NCBI GenBank assembly: GCA_900321215.1 | Contig: ONVE01000066.1 | Coordinates: 1-39,343 of the forward strand | Length of the DNA stretch: 39,343 nt | Reading direction: 5' to 3' | From: an uncultured Eubacterium sp. | GTDB taxonomy: Bacteria > Bacillota > Clostridia > Lachnospirales > Lachnospiraceae | Shown: positions 10,505-18,875 of the stretch, one piece after another | Position numbering within the stretch: the stretch's first letter is position 1 | Layout of the letters: each line of letters opens with the position of its first letter | Translations under genes and position numbers: made by a program | Notes under the pieces: generated by a model | What the model was told of the DNA's origin: nothing | Database searches by the model: none | Seen by the model: the letters and a program-made list of their open reading frames with translations, nothing else

Positions 10505-11487
10505 TTATCTCCCTTAAGCCTTGCAAAAATATTACAGAAAATACCCATCAGCGGATAAAAATGGCAGAGCATGAATATCATGACCTTTCTTGATTTAACT
10601 ATAGGACCTGCGAGCAGTCTTTTTTCACATTCCTTAAGGTCGGCTCTTAGCCTCTTCTCCTGCTCTTTATACTCCCTGTTTATAGTTTTTCTCGGAACTC
10701 TGGTGATCATTCTGAGAAGAAGGGTAAAGTTTATTCTCTCCCTGTTCAGTATCGCATAAGAGCTGTCCGGCTCAACGCCTTCGGTTATCCTCTCCATCTC
10801 ATCCCATACGGTGATAAGATCAAAATCCTGCATTGAGAATCTGCTTGTCGCACTCTCCGTATTCTTGAAATAATAATATCCTACATCACTTATCTTTATG
10901 ATCTTTTTCGCATCCGCAACCGCTCTGTAGGTTCCTATTACATCCTCGCCTATTCTTATATCCACCGGGAAAAGGTCTTTAGGCAGCAGTTCTCTCTTAT
11001 ATAGCTTTGCCACCGGATAATGTACCCATTCATTGTTATCAATTTTAAACAGTATCCTAAGATACTTATCTCTGTCGTATTCCTTATATCTTACGTTGGC
11101 TGTAGTAGTCTCCTGATCTTCATTATCAACTCTCTGAAGCTCGCAGGTAACCAGATCAGCCTTTTTTTTGACCATAACCTTAATAAGGTGCATGACCAGA
11201 TCTCTCTTGATCCAGTCATCACTGTCAACAAACATCACATAATCGCCTGAAGCCTTATCCAATCCGGCATTTCTTGCCTTGGATACTCCTCCATGCGGTA
11301 TATCAACCAATATGATCCTGCTGTCATTTTTAGCAAGTTTTCTTGCAATCTCGGGAGAATTATCAGACGACCCGTCATTGACCAGTATTATCTCCAGCCT
11401 TTTGTAGGTCTGATCTGTTATACTGTCAACACATCTTTTTAAATACTTACCCATATTATAATAAGGCACAATAACACTTACCACCAC
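10501..11487 (-). CDS. Glycosyltransferase family 2
   Basis: SVIVPYYN, VNDGSSD, GVSKARN, FVDSDD and GED motifs; GTG start with SD GGGAG. Confidence 0.93.
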   Translation of the reverse strand: MVVSVIVPYYNMGKYLKRCVDSITDQTYKRLEIILVNDGSSDNSPEIARKLAKNDSRIILVDIPHGGVSKARNAGLDKASGDYVMFVDSDDWIKRDLVMHLIKVMVKKKADLVTCELQRVDNEDQETTTANVRYKEYDRDKYLRILFKIDNNEWVHYPVAKLYKRELLPKDLFPVDIRIGEDVIGTYRAVADAKKIIKISDVGYYYFKNTESATSRFSMQDFDLITVWDEMERITEGVEPDSSYAILNRERINFTLLLRMITRVPRKTINREYKEQEKRLRADLKECEKRLLAGPIVKSRKVMIFMLCHFYPLMGIFCNIFARLKGDK

Positions 11488-11506
11488 ATTTTCTCCCTTT
11501 CGATCC

Positions 11507-12574
11507 CTAAAGCCTTTTACTTATATACATTTCACAAAGAGCATCTAACAAGACTTTGTTATCTTCATAAGTTATATGTCCTATATGCCCGACTCTTAAT
11601 ACGCTGTCAGCTTTATCGCCGCCATTCGGACATACCCATATTCCATATTCTTCCTTTAATATCCTGACGATCTCTTTTGCCCCTTTAGATAAAGGGGTAA
11701 GAGCTGTTACGGCATTTGACGGATTCTCCGGAACTATCATGAGGGGCAGATCCCGTATACCCTCTCTGAACTGTTCTGCGACTTTGCTTATCCTTGATAT
11801 TTCACTCTTCGTACCGCCGCAGGAAATTATATCTTCAAATCTTTTATGTATCTGCAGAAGTATCGTAACCGCCGGTGTGAAAGGAGTCTGTCCTCTTACG
11901 CCGTTTATCAAAGCATCTTTAAGGCTTAGATACATGCATACTTCTTCATTATCATTTATTCTTTTAAGTGCTTCCGGTGCCAGCGCCACAAGTGAAACGC
12001 CCGGCTGACAGGCAAGCGCCTTCTGGGAACCGGTGAGCACCGCCGCAGCATTAAGCTCTGTCATATCAAGCTCGTCTGCAAGAAATGCACTTATGGCATC
12101 AACTATGAGCAGAATACCGTTCTCCTTACAGAACTGTGATACCATTTTCATATCATATAACAGTCCTGATGAGGTCTCATGCATATTTATAAGCAGAGCC
12201 GTATGGTCCTCCAGTCCACTGAGCTGCCCGCGGGTCAGCTGTTTTCCGAATTCACATTTTACTTCTGTATATTTTTTCCTATGAAGCCTGCAGAGCATTG
12301 CAAATCTCTCTCCAAAGCTTCCTCCGTTTATTACAATGACCTTATCCTTATCACTCAGGATATTCATCACGCAGGATTCCATTGCACCTGTTCCCGATGC
12401 AGTTAGAAACACCGCCCTGCTGCCCTCCGGCGCATTCAGGAGCTTTAAAAACATTTCTTCATTTTCAAGCATTGTTTTCGAGAATTCCGGAGTTCTGAAA
12501 TATGGTGCGGAAACACCTGCAACACTGATTACATCCTCAGGCGACATTACCGGACCCACAGTAAAATTTAGCAT
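11507..12574 (-). CDS. Class V PLP-dependent aminotransferase-fold enzyme (AGAT/PhnW-like)
   Basis: FTVGPV, SGTGAME, HETSSG, VDAIS and GSQKAL (PLP lysine), C-terminal LRVGHIG. Confidence 0.88.
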   Translation of the reverse strand: MLNFTVGPVMSPEDVISVAGVSAPYFRTPEFSKTMLENEEMFLKLLNAPEGSRAVFLTASGTGAMESCVMNILSDKDKVIVINGGSFGERFAMLCRLHRKKYTEVKCEFGKQLTRGQLSGLEDHTALLINMHETSSGLLYDMKMVSQFCKENGILLIVDAISAFLADELDMTELNAAAVLTGSQKALACQPGVSLVALAPEALKRINDNEEVCMYLSLKDALINGVRGQTPFTPAVTILLQIHKRFEDIISCGGTKSEISRISKVAEQFREGIRDLPLMIVPENPSNAVTALTPLSKGAKEIVRILKEEYGIWVCPNGGDKADSVLRVGHIGHITYEDNKVLLDALCEMYISKRL

Positions 12575-12591
12575 TATAGAGCCTCCAAATA

Positions 12592-13302
12592 TCAGTTAAG
12601 ATCGGTGGAAATGTGCTTTAACACCCTCTGATAATCCTCTATCGTATCAACCTCCGACCAGAAGATACCATCAACATCAACCGTGTGGATATCTTCACTT
12701 CCGACAAAGGAATATAAAACATTTTCCCACCAGAGATCATACTGTCCATTTTCGATCATTAAACATAAACGGTCATGGAATTTTCTGATCCACTTTCCTT
12801 TTAAGACGCCGATTCCGACATATTCACTGTTTCTTTCTTCTCTTCTCAGCTCCTTACCGAATCTTTGGAGCAGACAGTTTTTACTTTCGAAATAATAATC
12901 CCCGGAATCAGCCCTCGTCTTATCCTCAAGAAGAAATTCATCATAATCTGCCGATAATATCCTGTCGATCATCTCCTCAGTATAATATACATCAGCATTT
13001 GCGATCATGATATCTTCATCTGTCAGAAATTCCTTTTCGGCATACCACAGACTTCCGATACTGTTCGTAACTCTGTAGAAAGGATTGTAGTATATTTTAA
13101 CATCATAGCCCTCAAGTGCCTCATCAAGCATCCGATGCTTAAAGCCTGTAATGACTATAACCTCTATGTTGTTTTTTTTCAGAAGTTCAACAGTGTGGAT
13201 GATAAGAGGTTTTCCTCCGACATCCAGAAGGCTCTTCGGCATCATGCCGATATCCTCCGTAATCCTGCTTCCCACCCCTGCAGCAAGCAGTATGGCTTTC
13301 AT
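12592..13302 (-). CDS. LicC-like phosphocholine/sugar-phosphate cytidylyltransferase (NTP transferase)
   Basis: MKAILLAAGVGSR, PKSLL, NSIGSL, NADV and WSEVDTIED motifs. Start moved to ATG 13302 because SD GGGAGG lies at 13311-13316. Confidence 0.85.
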   Translation of the reverse strand: MKAILLAAGVGSRITEDIGMMPKSLLDVGGKPLIIHTVELLKKNNIEVIVITGFKHRMLDEALEGYDVKIYYNPFYRVTNSIGSLWYAEKEFLTDEDIMIANADVYYTEEMIDRILSADYDEFLLEDKTRADSGDYYFESKNCLLQRFGKELRREERNSEYVGIGVLKGKWIRKFHDRLCLMIENGQYDLWWENVLYSFVGSEDIHTVDVDGIFWSEVDTIEDYQRVLKHISTDLN

Positions 13303-13337
13303 CCTACGGTCCTCCCGTCTATCTACAATTAACACTG

Positions 13338-13366
13338 ATTTTACTATATCATTTCAGTGTTTGCAA
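13338..13366 (-). promoter_or_regulatory. Sigma-A-type promoter of the glycan operon
   Basis: Minus strand TTGCAA (13366-13361), 17 bp, TAAAAT (13343-13338). Confidence 0.6.
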
Positions 13367-13430
13367 ACAGTATATAAATATTAATAAAAATTAATGAAGT
13401 GTTTTACACTATTTCTTGGCAAGTGTACTC

Positions 13431-13459
13431 TTGATAATCCTTATAATTTAGTATATATT
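13431..13459 (+). promoter_or_regulatory. Candidate sigma-A promoter of argG
   Basis: TTGATA, 17 bp, TATATT in an AT-rich divergent intergenic region. Confidence 0.45.
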
Positions 13460-13525
13460 AACTAATAGCGTAAAGGCACTTTACAGTGTCTTTAATAGAC
13501 ATACTAATTTATGGAGGATAATAAT

Positions 13526-14752
13526 ATGTCAAAAGAAAAAGTTGTACTTGCCTACTCAGGCGGTCTTGACACAACAGCCATTATACCATGGTTAAAGGAA
13601 AACTATGATTACGAAGTAATCTGCTGCTGTATCGATGTAGGACAGGAGTCAGAGCTTGACGGTCTCGAAGAGAGAGCAAAGCATTCAGGTGCTGAGAAAT
13701 GCTATATCGTAAATGTTATCGATGAGTTCTGCGATAACTACATCATGCCAACAGTTAAGGCTGATGCAGTTTATGAGAATAAATACCTTCTCGGAACATC
13801 ATTTGCAAGACCTCTTATCGGTAAGGTTCTTGTAGATATCGCCCGTAAGGAAGGCGCTGTAGCAATCTGCCACGGTGCAACAGGTAAGGGAAATGACCAG
13901 CTTCGTTTTGAGCTTGCTATCAAGGCACTTGCTCCTGATCTTAAGATCATCGCTTGCTGGAGAGATCCAAAGTGGACATTTGATTCTCGTGAAGCTGAGA
14001 TCGCATACTGCGAGTCAAAGGGGATCAAGCTTACATTTGATGCTAAGCACAGCTACAGCCGTGACCGCAACATCTGGCACATCAGCCATGAAGGTCTTGA
14101 GCTCGAGAGCCCTGCAAACGAGCCTAACTATGATGATCTTCTCGTTCTCGGCGTTTCACCTGAGAAGGCTCCTGATGAAGGCGAATACATCGAGATGACA
14201 TTTGAATCAGGCGTTCCAAAGTCTCTTAACGGCAAGGAAATGAAGGTTTCAGACATCATCCGTGAGTTAAACAAACTCGGTGGAAAGCATGGTATCGGTA
14301 TCATCGATATCGTTGAGAACCGTGTAGTTGGTATGAAGAGCCGTGGCGTATATGAGACACCTGGCGGAACAATCCTTATGGAGGCTCATAAGCAGCTTGA
14401 GGAGCTTGTTCTTGACCGTGATACATTAGATTTCAAGCGTCACATCGGTATCAAGTTTGCTGATCTTGTATACGAAGGAAAGTGGTTCTGCCCACTTCGT
14501 GAATCTCTTCAGGCATTCATCGAGAAGTCTGACGAGAGAGTTACAGGTACAGTTAAGATGAAGCTCTACAAGGGCAATATCATCAAGGCCGGTACAACAT
14601 CTCCATATACACTTTATTCTGAATCACTTGCAAGCTTTACAACCGGTGATCTCTATGATCATAAGGATGCATCAGGCTTCATCAATCTCTTTGGTCTTCC
14701 TATGAAGGTTAGAGCAATGCTCGATCAGGAAAGAGAAAAGAAAAATAAATAA
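13526..14752 (+). CDS. argG: Argininosuccinate synthase
   Basis: [38 protein letters not shown]; start set at MSKEK, after SD GGAGG at 13513-13517. Confidence 0.98.
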   Translation: MSKEKVVLAYSGGLDTTAIIPWLKENYDYEVICCCIDVGQESELDGLEERAKHSGAEKCYIVNVIDEFCDNYIMPTVKADAVYENKYLLGTSFARPLIGKVLVDIARKEGAVAICHGATGKGNDQLRFELAIKALAPDLKIIACWRDPKWTFDSREAEIAYCESKGIKLTFDAKHSYSRDRNIWHISHEGLELESPANEPNYDDLLVLGVSPEKAPDEGEYIEMTFESGVPKSLNGKEMKVSDIIRELNKLGGKHGIGIIDIVENRVVGMKSRGVYETPGGTILMEAHKQLEELVLDRDTLDFKRHIGIKFADLVYEGKWFCPLRESLQAFIEKSDERVTGTVKMKLYKGNIIKAGTTSPYTLYSESLASFTTGDLYDHKDASGFINLFGLPMKVRAMLDQEREKKNK

Positions 14753-14781
14753 TAAGCTTTAATCAATAAGTTTATAAAGAT

Positions 14782-14825
14782 AAAAACTGCTGCTTTAGTT
14801 TCTGAGCTAAAGCAGCAGTTTTTTT
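14782..14825. terminator. Bidirectional rho-independent terminator
   Basis: Perfect 17-bp inverted repeat AAAAACTGCTGCTTTAG / CTAAAGCAGCAGTTTTT with an 8-nt loop, between convergent genes. Confidence 0.92.
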
Positions 14826-14879
14826 ATCATTTATATTTTCATTTAATCATTTTAAAGGATCTTTTGATAAATCCATCTC

Positions 14880-16424
14880 CTAGAAGAATACATGATTGCC
14901 GATAACGATGTATGGGCAGTCAAGTGAAGAAGGATCCATATACCATGTAGGTCTGAAGCTGAGGAATGAGCCTATATTGTTGTAGCCTCCTACAGCTGCA
15001 TATACTGCATCAAATGTAGTCTGTGGAACCCCATTATCATAAGCATTTGAATATGCCCATGAATAAACTGCACTGAACTGATACGGCGCATATATTACGT
15101 CGTACATAGAATATCCCCATCTTCCGGTATTAAGTCTATTGATTACAACATTTGCAACCGCTACCTGACCTTCATAGGATTCAGAACCTGCTTCTGCATA
15201 AACAATGGCAGCCAGAAGTCTGATATCTGAAGCTGAGTAACCGCCTGCGTCATAGTAACCGAGAGAGTCTGCATCATGCTCCTCTGTTGTTTCTTCCTCT
15301 GTTGTAGTCTCCTCTTCAGTTGTTTCTTCTTCTGTGGTTGTCTCTTCTTCTGTTGTGTACTCTTCTGTGGTTGTCTCTTCTTCTGTTGTATACTCTTCTG
15401 TAGTTGTTTCCTCTGTATCCTCTTCAGAATACTCGGTAGTCTCTTCTTCAGTAGTTACATCATAATCATCGTAATCAGTGTCGTCATCTGAGTCATCATA
15501 ATCTGAATCATCCGAGTCATAATCCGAATCATCGTCTGTATCGTCATCTGATGAATCGAAGTCGTAATCCTCTGAGTCAGCCTCTGTATCATCCTCGGAA
15601 TTTCTTCCGTTTATAACATTTCTAAGCTCTTTTGCTGAAAAAGCCTCAGGGAAACCATCTGTTACTCTTACGCTCTCAGCTGCGATGTATCCGTATGCAC
15701 CGTCGGCAAGTCTTATACATTTTACTGTATCACTGCTTGCGAACTGTGACACTTCATATATACTTCCTGATGAAGCTGTAAATATCTTAGAGCTGTCAGT
15801 CTCTACGCTGCTTAAAACATTTGCGTTCTGCTTAAGGACAGCCACCTTGACAACATAGTCCTCAGCCGCCTCTGTTGCAGCCTTATCTCTAAGTACTTCC
15901 GACTTCTCAACGTATCCCTTGACCTTACCGGACTTAATCTGTATCCAATCGCCCTTGGCAGCAACAATCTCACCAACAGCGCCCTTATACATATATCCTA
16001 CGATCTCACCATCATTATCAGCTGTCTTTCTGACATAAATGCTGTCTGCTGAAGCGATGACCTTTCCGGCCATATTGTACTTAACCTCTGTTACAGAGTT
16101 TACTTCAACCGCTTCAATACCGATCTTTCCCTCTTCAGAGGTGTTTTTTACTGCCGGACTCTCTGTGACAGCTGTATCTGCTGCTCCGACTGCCGTCTCT
16201 GAAGCAGTCTCCTTTCCGGCTGAAACTGTATTATAACTATCTTTAACTGTTTTCTTCTCACTGTTTGCCTCTTTAAGAGAACCTATAGCAAAAACAGTCA
16301 AAAACACGACCGATACTGCGATCATCAGCACCAGTGTATTCCTAACTGCAAAACGTGTTGTAAGAACATTTTTTCTCAGATAAAGCTTCATTCTCTGAAG
16401 TTTATACTTGTTTCTCTTACTCAT
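14880..16424 (-). CDS. Cell wall hydrolase (SleB/Hydrolase_2 domain) with N-terminal membrane anchor, SH3b domains and acidic Thr/Glu linker
   Basis: C-terminal LLAAIVYAEAGSE...GQVAVANVVINR...VIYAPYQFS...IGNHVF with the catalytic Glu present; SH3b-like IYVRK...WIQIKSGKVKGYV. Confidence 0.9.
   Translation of the reverse strand: MSKRNKYKLQRMKLYLRKNVLTTRFAVRNTLVLMIAVSVVFLTVFAIGSLKEANSEKKTVKDSYNTVSAGKETASETAVGAADTAVTESPAVKNTSEEGKIGIEAVEVNSVTEVKYNMAGKVIASADSIYVRKTADNDGEIVGYMYKGAVGEIVAAKGDWIQIKSGKVKGYVEKSEVLRDKAATEAAEDYVVKVAVLKQNANVLSSVETDSSKIFTASSGSIYEVSQFASSDTVKCIRLADGAYGYIAAESVRVTDGFPEAFSAKELRNVINGRNSEDDTEADSEDYDFDSSDDDTDDDSDYDSDDSDYDDSDDDTDYDDYDVTTEEETTEYSEEDTEETTTEEYTTEEETTTEEYTTEEETTTEEETTEEETTTEEETTEEHDADSLGYYDAGGYSASDIRLLAAIVYAEAGSESYEGQVAVANVVINRLNTGRWGYSMYDVIYAPYQFSAVYSWAYSNAYDNGVPQTTFDAVYAAVGGYNNIGSFLSFRPTWYMDPSSLDCPYIVIGNHVFF
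15280..15600 (-). repeat. Intragenic low-complexity repeats encoding (T)TTEEE/TTEEY and D/S/Y-rich units
   Basis: Repeated tcttctgtggttgtctcttc-type units; protein reads TTEEYTTEEETTTEEY and DSDYDSDDSDYDD. Confidence 0.85.
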
Positions 16425-16534
16425 TATTTATCCCTTACTTTTCTTAAAAGCAACTATCTTATGTTAACTTTTCATCCTGCAAAGCCGCATAAACGTGTGC
16501 TTTTCAGAATATTTATGTCAATTTATGTAAATAT

Positions 16535-16551
16535 GTTACAAATTTGTTACA
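16535..16551 (-). promoter_or_regulatory. WalR/OmpR-type direct-repeat box
   Basis: Minus strand TGTAAC-AAATT-TGTAAC, an exact match to the WalR consensus TGTWAH-N5-TGTWAH, upstream of a wall hydrolase. Confidence 0.6.
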
Positions 16552-16556
16552 AAAGG

Positions 16557-16585
16557 ATAATAACACTATTTAACATTTATGTCAA
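16557..16585 (-). promoter_or_regulatory. Sigma-A promoter of the wall hydrolase gene
   Basis: TTGACA, 17 bp, TATTAT with an extended TG. Confidence 0.7.
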
Positions 16586-16622
16586 GTTTTTAATCTTTTT
16601 GAAAGAATTAACCTGAATAATA

Positions 16623-16709
16623 CCTTTTGAAAACCGGTTCACAGAATTTCCTTTTTGGAAAACCAGCCCACAAAATTTCCTTTGTGGAAAACCGATTCTA
16701 AGAGAATTG
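16623..16709. repeat. Three imperfect ~29-bp tandem repeats
   Basis: ccttttgaaaaccggttcacagaattt / cctttttggaaaaccagcccacaaaattt / cctttgtggaaaaccgattctaagagaattg. Confidence 0.75.
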
Positions 16710-16720
16710 CCCCAAAAAGC

Positions 16721-16763
16721 AAAAAAACACCGTAAATGCCGGTCCACCCTGACATTTACGGTG
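16721..16763 (-). terminator. Rho-independent terminator after the DegV gene
   Basis: CACCGTAAATG / CATTTACGGTG stem followed by a T run on the minus strand. Confidence 0.85.
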
Positions 16764-16773
16764 ATAGTTTTCT

Positions 16774-17619
16774 TTATAGATATGCTACAGCTCCTGTGCC
16801 CGGTCCAAGAAAGGATCCGGAGGTTATGCCCATCGGAAGGATGATAAACTCCTCACCGGCATTTCTCTCTAAGAAGGATTCCTTTATCCTTTCACTTCTC
16901 TCATCATTTGCTGCCGATGAGATAAGAACAGTTTTATCTATACCCTTTTCAACAGCCTTATCGATGATATATTTCTCTGCGTTGGCGTTTCCCCTCATTT
17001 TACTCTTAATGACTACGCTTCCATCCTCTATCGCAAGGATAGGTCTTACCTTCATCGCAACAGCTGGTGACGGCTCGCTTACAGAAACCATTCCGCATCT
17101 CTTTAAATGATTGATATCTTCGACATAGAACCAGGTTGATACAGCCTCAGCCATCTTTTCTACCGCAGAAATGACCTCTTCAAAGCCTGCCCCTTCTTTC
17201 ATCTTCTCCGCAGCCCTGACAGCTATAAGCGACTCTCCAACGGAAGCTGTCTTCGTATCCAGCACACTTATCCTTCGATCAGGATATTTTGTCTCAAGTA
17301 ACTTTTTCGCCTCGCAGGCGTTGCTGAAGCCAGGAAGAAGCTTTCCGGATACAGAAAGATAGATAATGTCCTTTCCTTCCGCAAGGATGCTCTCAAATAT
17401 CTTCATATAGCTTTCCTTATCAGGAATCAGCGGCACCGGAAACAGCCCGCTTTTTACGCTGCTGAAAAACTGCGTATAAGTTATCTCTGTTTCATCATTT
17501 GACAGATAATCCTTATCACTCAGTCTTACCGTAAAAGGGATCACACTAATTCCAAGCTTCTTAGCCATATTTGATGTAATCTCTGAACAACTGTCTGTTA
17601 TGATAATGTAACTCTCCAT
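16774..17619 (-). CDS. DegV/FakB family fatty-acid-binding protein
   Basis: IITDSCSEI, VLDTKTASVGE and LGPGT motifs; some usual residues diverge (TSQP region reads PLIP, SGT/S reads PGF, HxGP reads FLGP). Confidence 0.85.
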   Translation of the reverse strand: MESYIIITDSCSEITSNMAKKLGISVIPFTVRLSDKDYLSNDETEITYTQFFSSVKSGLFPVPLIPDKESYMKIFESILAEGKDIIYLSVSGKLLPGFSNACEAKKLLETKYPDRRISVLDTKTASVGESLIAVRAAEKMKEGAGFEEVISAVEKMAEAVSTWFYVEDINHLKRCGMVSVSEPSPAVAMKVRPILAIEDGSVVIKSKMRGNANAEKYIIDKAVEKGIDKTVLISSAANDERSERIKESFLERNAGEEFIILPMGITSGSFLGPGTGAVAYL

Positions 17620-17692
17620 AACTACACCCCCATATTGTATAAAAACTATTAGCTTTATCTACTGATCCCCCATTGATCATGCATTTGCCCTG

Positions 17693-18805
17693 CTAATTTT
17701 TATCAATATAACTGAAATATTCATCTATTCCGTCAGCGATATATCTTGCCATCTCTTCTCTGTTATCGCTGTCAGAAAGTCTCTTATCATCCTTTTCATT
17801 TGACAGAAAACCTACATTTATAACCGCTGCAGGAATACTGTTACAGTAATTAAGAACAGTCATACCGTCTGTTACAGCTATACCTCTGTTTCCACAGCCG
17901 GTTCCGTCCGCAAGATGATCAAGCACCAGATTGCAGAGCCTGTTGCTGTTATCATATATTTTCTCACTCTCTACATTTGCCTTTGTATTTATAAAGCCTA
18001 TCGCTCCAAAGGTCTCATCAGAGGATGCACTGCCTGCCTGAAGCCTGATGAATATTTCTGCATCACTTCCGGCCGCCATGACCGCTCTGTCTCTGTTGGA
18101 AAGCTCTACTGTTGAAGAATCTCTCGAGAGGATAACAACGTAGCCCCTTCTCTCGAGCTCCGATTTAAGTCTTATTGATATATCAAGCATAAGCTCATAT
18201 TCATAGTTTCCTGTTGAGATACCGATATTTGCCGGAGCCATCTTAGCCTTCTTCTTGTCGGAGCCGGGAGCATTTCCCTCCTCCTCACTCATGGCCTTGA
18301 TCTGCTTTGCAGGATCGATAAATACGATATGGCTGATCTTATCGGCATCCATCGGAGTAGCCCATTTTACATTTGTTTCCTTAACAAGATTTGAGGAAAT
18401 GTAGAAGCTTGAGCCGTTCACCTTTACTCTTGTCCAGCCTTCCTTCGTACCGGTCCTGTGAAGATCCACGCCCTTAAGGAGGACCATGTAGACCTCCGAA
18501 TCGGTATTTGGTTCGGTTCTGACATTTATAAGATCATCTATGGTCACAACATAATCATCATAGATGGTAAAGCCCTGACTGTCCGTCTTGTTATCCTGCT
18601 TATCATCCTTGATAACGCTGCTGTCTACCTTCTTCTTAACCGTTTCCGTGGTAATGCTGTCAGCCTCTCTCGGATCATCCTTCTCCTTCGTACCTTCCTC
18701 TCTGCTGCCGCAGGCTGTTACCATAAGGGCAAGCATCAGTACTGCCAGGATTATCAGCTGTATGCGCTGTATTCTGTTTTTATAGCTCTTTTTTTCCCGG
18801 TTCAC
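17693..18805 (-). CDS. Lipoprotein with SH3b and Amidase_3-like domain, probably catalytically inactive
   Basis: Lipobox MVTAC; SH3b INVRTEPNT...GWTRV; amidase-fold motifs FIDPAKQ, EYE, LSR, RDRA, IRLQA and INVGFLSN. Confidence 0.82.
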   Translation of the reverse strand: MNREKKSYKNRIQRIQLIILAVLMLALMVTACGSREEGTKEKDDPREADSITTETVKKKVDSSVIKDDKQDNKTDSQGFTIYDDYVVTIDDLINVRTEPNTDSEVYMVLLKGVDLHRTGTKEGWTRVKVNGSSFYISSNLVKETNVKWATPMDADKISHIVFIDPAKQIKAMSEEEGNAPGSDKKKAKMAPANIGISTGNYEYELMLDISIRLKSELERRGYVVILSRDSSTVELSNRDRAVMAAGSDAEIFIRLQAGSASSDETFGAIGFINTKANVESEKIYDNSNRLCNLVLDHLADGTGCGNRGIAVTDGMTVLNYCNSIPAAVINVGFLSNEKDDKRLSDSDNREEMARYIADGIDEYFSYIDKN

Positions 18806-18841
18806 TATATATCTCCGAATCTATATATTATCATCCTTTTA

Positions 18842-18870
18842 AGTTTACCATACAGGCCTATAACTTGCAA
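18842..18870 (-). promoter_or_regulatory. Sigma-A promoter of the amidase-like gene
   Basis: TTGCAA, 17 bp, TAAACT with an extended TG. Confidence 0.55.
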
Positions 18871-18875
18871 TCCGC

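Noticed and set aside
11507-13302. Complete phosphonate (AEP) biosynthesis cluster
   Set aside because: No PEP mutase or phosphonopyruvate decarboxylase in the window; kept only as an alternative hypothesis.
4388-17671. TGATCCCCC upstream of both the exonuclease and DegV genes
   Set aside because: Only a 9-bp match at two sites with no shared surrounding structure; cannot be distinguished from chance.
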